Assembly (NCBI GenBank): GCA_030704615.1
Contig: CM060734.1
Coordinates: 49,228,001-49,292,000, forward strand
DNA: 64,000 nt
From: Takakia lepidozioides
Taxonomy: Eukaryota > Plantae > Bryophyta
Reading direction: 5' to 3'
The position numbers and the translations under genes are program-made. Shown one piece after another: positions 39,691 to 53,575 of the stretch. Under the pieces are notes generated by a model, which saw only the letters and a list, made by a program, of their open reading frames with translations, did not search any database and was not told the DNA's origin. Within the stretch, counting starts at the first letter, position 1, and every line of letters begins with the position of its first letter.

Positions 39691-39869
39691 GTTAGTGTGA
39701 AGTGTCTTAGAAATGTTATAATGTGGAGGTCCTAGGTTCAAATATGCATTGCCTAATATATGTAGAACAATGCATGAACTGCCATTGGACAAAACCGGAG
39801 TCAATGGTCAACGCCGAGTCAATGGTCAACTAATTTTTGAAATTCAAATTCAAATTCAAAATTTCCCAC

Positions 39870-40197
39870 CTAAATTCAAATGTACCCCCCTACTGTGACG
39901 TCTGGGGGTCGCATTTACGACCCCCCGACATCCCTAATGCGACGTCGCAATTTTTTATTTATTTTTTGATGCCCAGACGTCGCTAGTCGCGCCGGCGCTG
40001 TCGCCGGGGGGTCCCTGGGGGTTTGCGATTCCTCGACGACGCTAATTAGCGATGTTCCGGGAGCGACGTCGTTGCGATTTCCCGACGTCGCAAAATGCCC
40101 CCGGCGCGCCCCGGGCGCCGTAGAGTATTTCCGTCGCTAATCGCGGCGGTTGGAGGTCGCTGGGGCATCGCTAACCCCCCCCCCAAACGTAGTAGTG
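39870..40197 (-). mobile_element. CACTA terminus with subterminal GTCGC/GCGAC repeats
   Basis: Ends GTAGTAGTG (reverse complement CACTACTAC) at 40197, preceded by dense direct and inverted GTCGC motifs. Confidence 0.8.
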
Positions 40198-41123
40198 TCC
40201 AACCAGGCTAAGTCTCTAGAATCCATTCAAGTGGGGGTGCTTAAGGATCAGTGTATATCAGCATGCTCCAAAACAGCCAATGTGGCTGTTCGGGGTGAGT
40301 TTGGCATTCCGTCCTTAAGCTCCCGACGAGATGAATTCAAGTCAGATGGTGAGGTCAGCTGCAACATATGCCCAACACCAGATATCCTAAGTTAATCGAC
40401 TCTATATCTTGGAAACAGGACCGCCCTGTCAAACAGGCTAAGTCCTGGCAAAAGAGAGTAGAAGAGATTCTCAAGGACCTGGACCTGGATCCGCAAGTCT
40501 TGACCCTGCTGGATAAATCTGACTTAGAGGTTGTAGTGTCCAAAGCCATGTCTGTTGCCATGAGATTGTCTGATGAAAATGAAGTTAAGCAGAAAACTTC
40601 CTTGAACTTGTTTCCAGTCAGTGACATGGGGGAGGACATCTTGGATGACCTCAAGGGTCTACCCACTCTCGGCACTAGACTGAAATTTAAACTCAGGGCA
40701 TGAAGCCTACCTTTGAACAACAAACAGAAGCAGAGAGGAAAGGGAGGGTGCAATTGCCCATTGTGTGGGCAATCTGAAGACAATATTCATTTTCTGATAC
40801 ACTGTCCGGGGTTCTGTCACCAAAGAGATGCTCTCTTCAAATCTATCAAGGGAATTGTGCCTGCCCCTGTTTACCAACTTTGAACGTCTCGAGGCTGAGC
40901 CAAAAGCCCAGGCCCTCTTGACGCCTAGTTTTTGGGCAAATCACACAAAGCAGATTGATGCTTGTGTGAAGGGATTTCTAGAGGATATCTGGAATTAATT
41001 CTATATATGAAAGTAAGTCTTACTACCAACGTCAGCCCCTGATAGAGGTAGGTTTTGTCCCTTTTGTTCCTGGGCGCGGGGTCAATGGCCACAAGGCTAC
41101 GGCAAACAACGTCTTATGAGTAC
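40198..41123 (+). mobile_element. Non-LTR retrotransposon 3' part, family copy 2 (longest; RTE-X-like C-terminal region)
   Basis: KTANVAVRGEFGIPSL, RYPKLI, RLKFKLR, CPLCGQSEDNIHFLIHCP. Same 3' end (GGTCAATGGCCACAAGGCTACGGCAAACAACGTCTTATGAGTACA) as copy 1. Confidence 0.8.
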
Positions 41124-44100
41124 AATCTGTGGCCTAAACACGAAATCGTGGACATGCAAGGTGGTCAGTTTGCCTTGTCAGGAAGGCTGGCAAACAGTTA
41201 GCCTGACTCGGAATTTTTTCCCTTGTGTTTCCCACCCCCCTAAACTTGCAGTCCATGGCAGTTTAATGATGCATTGATAGTCAGGCTCGCAACAGTGCCC
41301 CCGTTTTGCCATTGCATTCGAATTTGGTGGGAAGCAGGTTGGCGGGAGCGCAAATTATATCTCCACTTCGCTCCACTTGCCTTTTATTCTGTTTGCTCTT
41401 GCTCGCTCTTCATCGCTCTTGCTTCTTTGCAGTGTCTACGTCGTCCCTGTTCACTTCATCGTTTGGCATGTCGCCCTTGCATCACACGGTTAGCATGCGA
41501 ACGCATCTGCTGTGGTCATCGTTGTGGGCCAACTCGCCCCATCATCACACGACTACCATGCGATCCCGCTTCAGGAGAACTGCACACACAGCTCAAATGG
41601 CTTCGCAACATGGAGAGCCTTCGGAGGGAGCAGACAATTCAGTATGCTGCAAAGCAGACAGAAGCACAACGAATTAGCCGTCATGCGGAAGAGGTTTGTT
41701 TTAATTGTGCTTCACTGGCTTGGAACCAGCGGCATTCACAGAAGCGAGGCCGTGCCTCAATTTTTCTGCCTATCTGCTTGCAGCAAAAGGCTGGACGCCT
41801 GTGGGCGTCGGTACCCCTACCTATATGGCTACGCGGCGTGGTACCATATCACTAAGCTTCCCTGTCCAATTGGGTTCTCCTTGTAGAGGAGTTGTGACAG
41901 GATGTCAGTCATGAAGTTTGTTGCTGCTCTTGTGTGTGAAGGCATCCTGTAATCTCCTATCCCAGCACTTGTAACTAGCATAGCAGGAATCGGTAGAAAT
42001 TAGGATGCACTTGGTCGAAGGAGTAGCATTGGGTGAATCGTTGACATTAAGAGATGTATTCTGTTTCTCTAGCTACTGATTGTTTCCAACTTTGATGCGT
42101 ACATGCTTCTTCCGCATGTACGTTGAAGATTGAATCTCTAAAACCTTACATGTGATGGAGACCACTAAGAGGATCAAATGCATAGGTGAATTTACTGAGA
42201 ATCATTGCGCACACAATGTCCCATGACTCTGAGTAGGCCAGTGTATTTGCAGATTGCGGTATAGCGAACGCCGCTCGTTTTTGGGTGCCCTGAATTACCC
42301 GCTGGGTCTTTTTGTCTACACACATTTTGCATCACTGTGAATGTGAATGAGTAGCCGGTTTTTTGCACCAATGTGCGTATCCACTGAATGCATCGTTTCG
42401 TCCTCTCTCAAGCCTTTGTCTTTTAATTGTGTTGCCGATTATCGAAAAATATAGTGCACCGCTTCAACCATCATAAAACCTGCATGGTCGCCTCTCATAC
42501 GCATGTTCGGGACTTGTCTCTGTTCTCCACCAAGCCCACGCGTTAGTAACATGCATCGTGTACAACCGTTAGATGCACTTGCATCCAATGCACCTAAAAT
42601 ATGTCCAACCCTGCGAGCAATGCTAGATTGACACGTTGTCATTTGCAATCACATCCTACATCTGTTTCATCCATTTATGTTTGCATCGTCCACGTAGACA
42701 CTCCTTGGGCAACCGGCAATCGCCACGTGCAGTTGTGAATACTGGCAGTCATACATTCCCATGCCCACGTCATCCTGTTGCAGTTTTGGCCATGACTCCT
42801 AGTCGTATCTACCATCTTCCCCTATCTCGTCAAACATGTTTGACCGCAGATCCTGACGTGGCAGAGGTACAAGGTGGCATATACGACTTCTGGTGGTCAC
42901 AAATGGCAACCAGGACTACCCCATTGCATTTTATAGACATATATGCTACGACTGGGCAAATGTGGCAGACAATAAAGCCGGGATCTATTGTAGTGTATCA
43001 CCCCCTTCCTGTGATTGTTGTTGTGCCCACAACAGGTGTGGAAAGAGCAAGAAAGTTGGAGGCCCGGTTACTTGCAAGCTGCCTGAGAATGAAGTCGGCT
43101 TTTAGTCCATTGTTGTAAGTGTCTGTCATATACATCATATGCAATGAAAGTTCTTTTAGTTTGATCTTGTTCTTATGAGGTTAAGGTCTATGTAGCTCTT
43201 CTAAAGTTCATGTTGTATATTCGATCAATCTCATCGACCATAGTTGTTTCCCTTGTCCGTTGTGAGAAGTAACTGTTTAGGCTACATAACAATTCATCCA
43301 TCACTGAAATGAAAAACAAGTCTTTGAAAGCAAGTTGGGCTTTGCATGTGGCTTCTTACAACGCGGCACGGATGAAAGAAATATGGTTGTAAGCGATGGT
43401 ACCTCTGTCAGTGTGCTGGCGGCACTGCATGGCTGGCCTGCGGGCCAGATCAGAGATATGACGTAGCTCTTTCTCGAGGGGTGAAGCTGATTACCATATT
43501 CTCTCTGTGTCGTCGTGTAGGAAGCCCTTGCATCGGGTTCAAATCCCGGCTTGGACATCTTGGTTACGTAATTAACATAAATATAAATAGAACATGTCAA
43601 ATATACACGTCTGTTGTCTTCCATACTTTGTATGTACAAATCATGTGTATTGTGTGTAACATTTGTAGGTGATTGAAATGGCGGAGGGTCAAGAGCCTAT
43701 GAAACGGGTTGTTCGCAACTTGGCTGACAGCTTGGTGGGTGATGGTGCTTTAATTGGAGACAGAGATAAAGCAACAGATCTGCCTAGTCCTTTGAGAGAT
43801 TTTAGCATGGCATGAGCGGATTTGCATGCATTACGAGAGACCTTGAGGCACAAGCGAGAGTCTGGATCCCGCTCTGGCTCACTTGCTTTGTCATTGTCCG
43901 ATCCAGACAAGGTTGATGGCTTGATTGAAGAGGCTTGGAGAATAAATAGGGCATCTCGTGACAGACTAGCTCAGGTGAACAGAGAAGTTGTCAGAGTGAT
44001 ACGTGAGAGAGAGAATGAGCAAGAACGACAAGAGGGTATTATGCATTCTACACTTTTGTCTGATCTTTCATCTCCGGCTGCTTGTGCACCTTGAGCTTAC

Positions 44101-45954
44101 ATTCAGTCATGCACAGTCCTACTCTTTTGAGTGTTCGTGTGGCTCACGAGGGCATGTAGGATGTTAGTAGACCACGTCGACATCGGTACATCAGGCCTAG
44201 TGTCGTGGCAGCTATTGTTGATGCCCATCGCGCAGAGTCATATGGCTGTCGTACGAGAGTGGCCACCACATCTACCCCTCAGCAGAGGTTGATTTTAGGT
44301 CTTCCACCTCGTGACACCCCATGTACAGCAGATGTTAGTAGTTCCATCATGCATAGTGTTTCCAAGTCACAAAGAGTCATTCCTACATCATCCCATTCTA
44401 CACGGCAGATGCCAGCCAATTCTGCGTTCGGTATTCAGGGAGATTGCATTAGGCGATTGCTTGTATCTCAGCCAAGACTGTTTATACAGAATCAAGAGGT
44501 TGAGAGAGAAAGACTCGATGTGCAAAGAGATAGGCGGGAGATACTGAAAGAACGTTCTGAGCTATAGAGTCTGAGACAGGACATCGAGAGACAGAGACAT
44601 GAGTTTGAGATTCAGATTCGAGAGGTACAGAGAGAGCGGGAGGTTTTGACAGAGGGACAGAGACGCCTAGATGACGATGGATTGGCGTTCACAGATTTGC
44701 ATGGAGGACCCTCATCTCCATTTTATGATGATCATTACCCAGATTCCCCAGTACATGAGGAGCCTTTGATTGATGCGGCCGTACCAGATCCATGTCAGCC
44801 ATTACAGGGGGACTGTCATGACGATACATTTACAGTTGATAGTCCTATTCGCTCTTGCATTGGGATCATTCCTAAGCAACGCATTGTTGCGATTTTGGTC
44901 ATGGATGGTGATATGCGTAGGCGAGTACAGTAAGCCCAGGTTCTTCTTTAGCCAGCGACCACCCCTCATTCGTTATTGCTTTTAGGATTGGATTGTGGGC
45001 ATGCGAGTCCATATTTTTATGTTGGGAGAGTTTACTATGAGCAACCTTCACATGCTGTTATCACCACACGGATGGCTTATGCGGATGATTTTGGAGGGTT
45101 CATGCTCATTTCCCCTCAGTATGACGAGTTGGAACAGTTGTTGTTGAGTATCCCTATTGATGCGCCCCCTGCATTGCGGTCTCATCGGCGTCTTACGTAG
45201 GACGATGTGGTTCCACCGTTGTTGTGTATTGCGGTAGGGGTTCGATACTTTGAGGGTCGCCGCTTTCTTAGGGTTGATGCACATGCGATTATAGTAGTCG
45301 TGAGTTCACTGCTGCCGCTGGTGCATTGTCATTTTCCATACTCATCCCGCAGCCTCACGTGCGTTTCATCCTATTTATGATAGTGGTGGGTCGACAAATT
45401 CACGCGCGTTTATTTTCTGAGGGTCATTATCGATCTTTTGGGTATGCAGATGTGCTTTGTGATAGTGATACATGGGCTAGTGTATTCGGTCCATTGTTGG
45501 CTTTGACTCCAGCTGTGCACCACCCCCACTACATTGAGATCACCATTCGGGGGTATGATCGGTTGCGTGAGTATATTTTTTATCCTTGGAGTTCATTTCC
45601 AGAGCGCATCATCATGGAGCCTACAGAGGAGATCCCTCATCCTGCTCGAGTGAGAGCAACATCGACTATGACTTTTTGTTAGTATCAGCATAGTGCCCAT
45701 TGGCCACATTTGCAGGTGTCTTTCACATGTGATAGATTCACATGGGATCATAGATTAGGTCGATATACAGGTCTGTACACAACTATGGAGATTGATGAGC
45801 TTGACCAGACTCGTTAGGCCATGACTTTCGTATGAGACGATTATCATTGATGTATACATTATTTTGCTATTTGTGTTGATGTATTGTTGGAAATGCGACG
45901 AGTTTTAGTCATTCATGACATCATGCCAACTATATATATACATATATGTATGAA

Positions 45955-46740
45955 TGTACATGTTAATTGTTTGTGCAAAGTGTTACACCCAACTAAAATT
46001 GTTAGTTACTCATGTAAAGTTTCAAATCCAATTAAAATCATACGGATGATGTTCTCTAAATTCACTGGTGTAACAATTTTTGTTGTTCATGATATTGTTG
46101 TAGGACCTAAGAATGTAGGTGTTAGTTGCTCATGTAAAGTTTCAAATCGAACTAAAATCATACGATCGGTGTTTTCTAAGTTCACTGGTGTAACGATTTT
46201 TGTTGTTCATGATACTTTTGCAGGACATAGAAATGTAGGTGTTAGTTGCTCGTGTAAAGTTTCAAATCCAACTAAAATCATACGGACGGTGTTTTCTAAG
46301 TTCACTGGTGTAACGATTTTTGTTGTTCATGATATTATTGCAAGACCTATGAATATAGGTGTTAGTTGCTCGTGTAAAGTTTCAAATTGAACTAAAATCA
46401 TACGAACGGTGTTTTTTAAGTTCACTAGTGTAACGATTTTTGTTGTTCATGATACTTTTGCAGGACATAGGAATGTAGGTGTTAGTTGCTCATGTAAAGT
46501 TTCAAATTCCAACTAAAATCATATGGATGTTGTTTTCTAAGTTCACTGGTGTAACCATTTTTGTTGTTCATGATATTACCTATGAATGTAGGTGTTAGTT
46601 GCTCATGTAAAGTTTTAAATCGAACTAAAATCATATGGATCGTGTTTTGTAAGTTCACGAGTGCAATGACTTTTATGGTATATGGTACTATAGGACGTAT
46701 GGATGTAGGTGTTATTTGCTCGTGCAAAGTTTCACACCTG
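45955..46740. repeat. 120-bp tandem repeat, about 6.5 copies
   Basis: GTTAGTT(G/A)CTC(A/G)TGTAAAGTTTCAAAT recurs at 46001, 46121, 46241, 46361 and 46481, then at slightly shorter spacing. Confidence 0.95.
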
Positions 46741-47399
46741 GATGAATTTGGGTGCATAGATAGTGCATATGAATGATACATACACACACATAATTTGACA
46801 TATCACCACCCACAATATATGAGAGATACATCACTATGTGAATATAATGGTGTATATCTGATATGCTCTCACAATGATAATGTCAACGTAGTGAACTAAT
46901 CCACAATGGAATGTGTAAATGAGGGCCGTGGTCTTGCCGGTGCCCGACCTCCACGGCCTCCACGGCCCCGACCCCCACGACCTGCAACTGTAGTATATAT
47001 GTGTAATGGGGGCCTGAAGGATCAATATTCTCATCAAGTGGAAGAGGCAGTGCCCGACCTCCACGATCTCCACGACCTCCACGGCTGGCACGGCCTCCAT
47101 GACCTACAGCTGTAGTATGTGTAATCGGGGATGAAGGGTCAATACTTTCGTCAGGTGGAAGAGGTTGCGCACGCTTTTTTGACGGAGAAAACACATGACG
47201 GTTAGCCTCAGCCTCCTGGGCTACACTCGTCAAGGGTCTATATCTCACCAACATCCTCCGCTACATATGTAACACATGCCGAAATGAATGTCAAGAAATC
47301 CAAATGACATACAAATTTGAAAATCAAACTTACAATTATATCCATTACATGTACAGTCGTGGAGTGGTATTTACCTGCGAAGGGGCATGTTCCTGTGCA

Positions 47400-49450
47400 C
47401 GTTTAAGATATACCCAGTTGCGCCTTCCAGGCCACATGGGGAAGAAATGACATCATCTGCATTTGTGGGGGCCCAAACTCCTGTGTTTGGCCAAAAAAAA
47501 TCCCATCTCAATGGAAATATCACAGATCCCTCCTCTTCCGCTTCCCCTGAGTTTGGATGTAAACTGGAAGCATATCAGGGCACCAGCAAAGACCAAGTTA
47601 TTCCACAGATAGATTGGTCGCTCTTGCCTCACTACTCTCCTCTCTGATTACTCTCACGTTAGGCCTTTCACCCTAGGCATAGTTTGGTTCGAAGAGTCTT
47701 TTGACTCTGGGCATTGGGAAATCCCCATGTATTATCTAAGACACTCATTTTAGAGGTTATCTTCTTGTCCTTCACTGTCAGTCGCACAGTAAGTGGTGGT
47801 TCTTCGGGATATCCGTCACGGTTTCCGTGTGTTAAGCCTTATGGCAGCCTCCTCCGGGCATCAAAGGGTTTTTAATTTTTTTCCCTTCAATAATTCTAAG
47901 AAAGTTCCTAGCAGGGTCGCCGTCCCATGTTCATCTAAAAAAAAAGAAAAAAAATGTAATCTGAATCAGACAAATTAGACTTAAACGACCAATTTCAATT
48001 GTTGACAGGTGAAGAGATCAATATCTACAACAGTCTCCCCAAATATATTATTGCAAAACAATTTCTGATGTAACATCAAATTGATTTCTGCCCATCAACA
48101 TTAACCCGTAAGGGCCCCGCAATATTGGGCAAATTTCACTCCCAAAAAAGTGACATTTGGCGAAGCTGCACACCTAACTTGTTACATCCAAAAAAAATGA
48201 ACCTTACCAGATGAATTCATCATAAATGATTGGGGGTAATGAAGTGGGTATTATTGGTGGTAGGATTTTGCAAGATGCTCCAACTATTGGATGTGATTCC
48301 AAGAGCCGCATTAACTCAACAAATTGCCGGGAAACTCACCATACGACTAGAGAGATTTTAATGTTTTAGTAGGGGTTTTTCCTTCTATTTGGATCTTGCA
48401 AAGTATGAAATCTGAGCTTTGACCATGTTATTTAAGTGACAGGTTGATTTTTCTTGGTTCTGCCTCCCACATAGATCAAATGTGCCTACCCAACTATTCT
48501 GAAAACTTCAAGCCAAACAACATTTGTTTTTGTTAGGGTCCTTTGTATGTGTTTGAGGGCAGGGGTCAAAATGACTTCCATAGCTTGGAAATTCAAGGTG
48601 AGCCCATTCCAAAAGTTGACCCATTGATAATGAGAAGCTTCTACTCAATGGTGGGTGAAGGTGTGGAACAATAGTGAGCCTGGTCAAAACAAATTCTAAA
48701 TCCAAGGGTAGAATAATATAAATATAAAGTTAGCACTAGAGTGGCCCAACTAGAGCCAATTATGTCTGGCCATGTAAATAGTCAACTCTACATGTCCCCT
48801 CACTCTTGCATGCTCCAATTTCATGATCCCTGCGTTTTCTAAGAAAATCTACAGGTCAAATTTACTAGTTTCAATGTCAGAAGGTGGGCCATGTTCTCCT
48901 AGATCCACCTATTATAGTTTCTGGATAGCACTGATGATTGTGTGTCCTCTTGATTGTGTAGAACTCTCGTGTTTTGTGTCTGTCTCATCAGGGGAGATGT
49001 GAAAGTCAGTAGCACACTTGTGAAATAGGCAGGCACGGAATTGGTGAATTGAACAAGTTTGACGCACTTGAGTTCCGAATCTCGGGTTCAAAATGGTCAC
49101 TGTCGTTACGAGTTAGGACTGAGGAAATCCCTCAGAATACAACGGATTCCAGATTTGTGGGCCCCTACTGTACACATGTGTAGCTGAGAGAGGCCATCTT
49201 CTAATTTCAGACTCTTGGTGTTAAGTATTGTTTGTTTGGAATCCACTGGGCATCCAAAGATAGCCCTACAATCATTCTGTGATTCAATAATTCCTCAGTC
49301 CGGACCAACTGTCCAGTTGAGAGTGGCTTGAGTGATGGAAGCCCATGCGAACACAATCGATCGGAGTTGGAGCCATTATGAAGGACACATCAGTTCATAA
49401 TCTGGGTCGCTCACCAACACATTCTTCAAGGACCCAGCATTAAACGCAAC
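47400..49450 (-). pseudogene. Second decayed malectin-like/LRR receptor kinase remnant
   Basis: Shares its 5' part (49012-49450) with the 17 kb remnant. Downstream LRR-like leucine/asparagine patterns and a hydrophobic segment near 47600. Many disablements. Confidence 0.3.
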
Positions 49451-52400
49451 CCAGAAGCTAATGGGTGGATTACACGTTGGGAAGTGTGTGTAGATCCAGA
49501 CTCTTATATCCCTGCCCTCGGACTAGCCACAGTGCTGCACTGCAATGCACTTAATGGCTTCTTTATGAGAGGCTCTACATCTCGAACATACTGTCTACCA
49601 GGCTTGAATCTCGACAATTGCTACCTCGCCGTTTTAGCTAACCAATTCGGAAGGATTGCTAGCAATTTAGCAACCATCTCTTTTTTGTTTTTTGGTCTTC
49701 GGAAGGCAACCGTACAAGGCTCCGACTTTATATCCGGTAATGGCCTTCCGCACCTCGACGACCTCGTTCTTTAAGTTAGTTTTGTTTCCCCTGCGAGGTA
49801 AGATGTAGTAATGGGGTTTGAAAGGCGTAAGCAAACACCATAAATCGTTTTCAGCAGTGGGTCGTCATGAGTCCAGTCTCCACCACGGTCCTTCCAAACT
49901 TATACCCACATTTTCCATTGTATTTTGATAGAGGGTAGGGCTTTCCTCACAAATAACGGAAGTTTAACATTGAATTGTGAAAATTTTATGGAGGGTGGCA
50001 GCTCCAGTCCGGACTGCCTCGTGAGCCTCGTGCACATGCGGCATGATCAGTGGAGCTGTCCAGAGTATAAGTGAGTGGCAACTTATGTGTGCGTGGCAAC
50101 TGGCAACTTCAGCTGTGCAAGCTACCGAGTTACCAAGGCCCAGCCCTTTAATAAGGGTGTTCAGCTTTTGAGGCGCCAGTAGACTTTATCTACTTTTAGG
50201 TACGTAGTTTTCAAAGTAGAAGAATTCCAGTACATGGTGACGAATAAGGGAGCAAACTCTGCGGTGTGGAGAGTTGAGAAGCAACATGAAGAATATAATT
50301 TGCATGATTCTCTTTACTGTTTCCTGTAATCTCGATTATAACAAACTGTAGTACGTACAGCATGCAGTCCCTTGCTATTCCCTCTCCGACTGAACTTTTC
50401 CCTGCCCTTTAATCATTCTGTGTTGTCGGCTTTGTGGATCCGCTGGACTTCAACTTTATCAGCATGTATTCTCATGTAAGTTCAGAAGAAGTAAGAGATA
50501 ACTTAGAGCCGAGCAGTTGGGCGAGTTCACGGTTTACAAGAGCCGAAGTGTCAGTTTGAGTGTTAACTTCCTGCGGCATGAGCACAGTTTGCCGTCGAAT
50601 ATCATTACTTGAGTATGGAGCTGGTCCCTGACTGAAGACCTGATGAACCGTGCATACGGCCCAGACGAGGTAAGTAGCTCGCTTGCATTCATAAGAAATT
50701 GTGTCTTACGCATCTTGGCCAGTAACCGAGTTTTAACGCGTCAACCCACTAGAACTATGAGCCAAGCTTCAAATATATGGCCTTTGCGTTGCAGCTTGTA
50801 CGCAGTCTCCTAGAATCTTCCCGGCGTCGATCTTGCTCTCAAAGCTAGCTCCTCAATAAGATGCTGCACCGAGAGACATATCGTGCGAGCAGAAGGCCTT
50901 GTAGTAAATGTTGTTGCATCTTGAGAATCTCGGGCCTGTTAGTATGATGCTCAGGAATTCTGGGTATATGCTAGATTTTAACAAGCCAGCGATTTTAGAC
51001 CTGTTCTTCAAAGAGGGTTCTGATTTTTTTTGCGGGTGAGTCCTAGATACCTTCCGTGTAATGCACCTCTTTGATGGAATACGGGCTTTCGGTCGACTTG
51101 TTGCGTCGGGTGCAAGAGGATTGATGTTTTGGAGATGTGTGAAGACTTCTCTCATCAGTATGTACATGAATCATTCCTAGCGTGATCTTGTGATACGTAT
51201 ATTCTCGATTCTGATACTTCTCTGGATGGTATGGCTCAACCTCTGGACAAAGATCGTGTGCAATGGCTAAGGCAGAGGCTTTAGTGTGGGTTATATTCCA
51301 CTGGTCAACACTGATCCAAGGAGCCTTCGCAAACGAAGGACAGTACTTCATACCGGCAAAACCATTGGTGCCGGCCTTCTTTGTATTTGGGGACTCTCTT
51401 GCTGACCCAGGCAACAACAACAACTTACATACATTGGCCAAGGCAAACTACTTGCCCTACGGAAAAGACTTCGACACACACATGCCAACAGGAAGGTTTT
51501 GCAATGGACGCACTGGGATTGATGTCCTTGGTGAGTAATGTATGCTGGTCACATGGCCTTGCAAATTTCTGCAGCTCCACGAAGAAACTTCGAATTCCAG
51601 TTGGTAACACCTGATACTACTTGTCTATTCATGCCTCAAACAGATCTTCTTTAGTACCATGAAGTGAATGTAAGGGGAACTGTCTGTGGATTCAGATTAG
51701 AAAGTGGAAGGATTTTGGTTGGACTTCCGAAAGTTATGGAAAACTAGACCTTGAAACGTGGTCAAGGTTTGCATAGAGATTTGAAAAGCTTCAACTCTAT
51801 AAAGTTTCTCACATGTAATCTGTTGTGCATGGCCCCGAACTAATGCCTACCTAGGCTGTTGGCTAACTGGCAGCTGAGTTCTTGGGTTTGCCCTTGGTGC
51901 CACCATATAACGATCCCGCAACGAAAGGTGAACGGCTACTACAGGGCGTGAATTTTGCATCAGCGGCCACGGGCATCCTCAACCAAACTGGCTTCGAAGC
52001 TGTACGTTTGTCAGGTTATGTCTTGACAGAGACGTCGTAAATGGTTTAGTTTAGTTGACGTTCAATGCATGGTCCCCCGAGTTGGAAATTTCACTGTGTG
52101 AGGTTTCCAAGAATATCAACGGATGATGTGAATGATGGCAGGGCGAAGTTATTCCATTGTCATCGCAGATAGAGGCCTTCCAGAAAGTGAAGGAAGAAAT
52201 TTCTGGGATGCTTGGGCCCGAGGCTAGCCGTAATTTCTTTGCCCAGTCATTCTTCTACATCGTCACTGGGAGTGACGATATAATCAATGGATACTATGGC
52301 TTTTTGCCAAGCGAGCTGCCCAGCCTGTATACACCGTCTGAGTTCGAAGACCTACTTATATCAACGCTCTCTTCTCAGATTGGGGTAAAATCCATATTCT

Positions 52401-53575
52401 CGATGGCTTCGAATAGCACTGCAAAAGTGCATTGCAGTCAAGCTTGTGTGTAAGCTTATTGATCTATTGGAGGTGAAATGCAGCTCTGAAATGTAGCTCT
52501 TCCTGGTAGGGCGTGCAGATTTCTAACAGTGGACCGAAGTCAACTGGTATATGTGAAATTGAAGTTGAGTCCTTTCAAATTTCCTCGGGACTTTGTTGTT
52601 GCAGTTTCTCTACAGCCTGGGGGCCAGAAAGATTGGAGTGGCCGGTCTTGCACCACTGGGGTGTGTGCCCTCACAGCTCAGCAGGTACCAGAGCGTGGGG
52701 GCATGTGTGCCTTTTCTGCAAACAACGGCTCTCAGTTTTAACAGTGCCCTAGTAAGCATGGTCGCTAACTTGAGCGCCAGGCTGCCAGGGTTAGGGGTGG
52801 TGTCCACCCAATTTTTCTCCATGATCCTCGATGCAGTCCAAAATCCTCCAGCTTATGGTGAGTGGAAAAACTACCATCTTGGTTTTGTCTCAACACTGAT
52901 TGTCAGAGAGTGGACGTTGCAGAGACAGCACTTGAGATTGTGACTTGCTTAAAAGACGCAGTCCTGAGAGGCTCTCAACGCCATCCTACTTACATAAAGA
53001 GATTAATCAAACATTCAATGACTTCGCAGGATTTTCAAATGGAAATACCGCATGCTGTGGCTCTGATAGCTTTGGATCATGCACCGAGCTCAACCTCTGC
53101 CAGAACACCCAAGACTACATATGGTGGGACTGGTTCCATCCGACTGACAAGATGTCCAGAGAGCTCATGCAGGCCGTCTTCTTCAATGGCCCTCCCTTCA
53201 GTATACCAGTGAGTGTGCAGCAGCTAGTGCTTTCGTAATGTGTCTCTTCTCTTACAAAACATCTCCACACTTGGTCTATCATTACTTCATCTGTTCCTCA
53301 AAGTGAGAGCTGACACCCTTGTACAAACCCGTGTCGCCCATTCTTTGTCTCAAGTTAGCTCCTTGAGTGAGGTGTCTTCTATTCTTTTGGTTTGTAGCTG
53401 AGGAGGTATTTGAGGCCGACTTGGGGCCAGCCTTAATACCCCCTTTGTAAATTATGCCCTTACCTGAGGGGGTCTCTTGATAATAAACATCCGTCATTTC
53501 GTGTACGAGTGAGTTCAAAGTTCGAACCCAGCATCTCCTGGTTGGGTCGGTTTCACCTTGTCGCAATGATCCATA
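49012..53575 (+). repeat. Segmental duplication, copy 2
   Basis: Colinear with 17145-21245, with ~0.5 kb of extra sequence at ~49660-50150. Confidence 0.95.
51263..53238 (+). CDS. Secreted GDSL esterase/lipase, intact; exons 51263-51530, 51874-52001, 52142-52384, 52605-52857, 53030-53238
   Basis: Signal-peptide-like N-terminus, FGDSLAD, PYG..PTGRFCNG, GVNFASAA, GSDD, LYSLGARKI..PLGCVP, ACCG, WDWFHPT. All introns GT-AG and phase-compatible. Confidence 0.93.

Noticed and set aside
45884-46787. Repeat-containing ORFs and a CRISPR-like regular period
   Set aside because: Whole 120-bp units repeat with no unique spacers and there are no cas genes. The ORFs are by-products of a period divisible by three.
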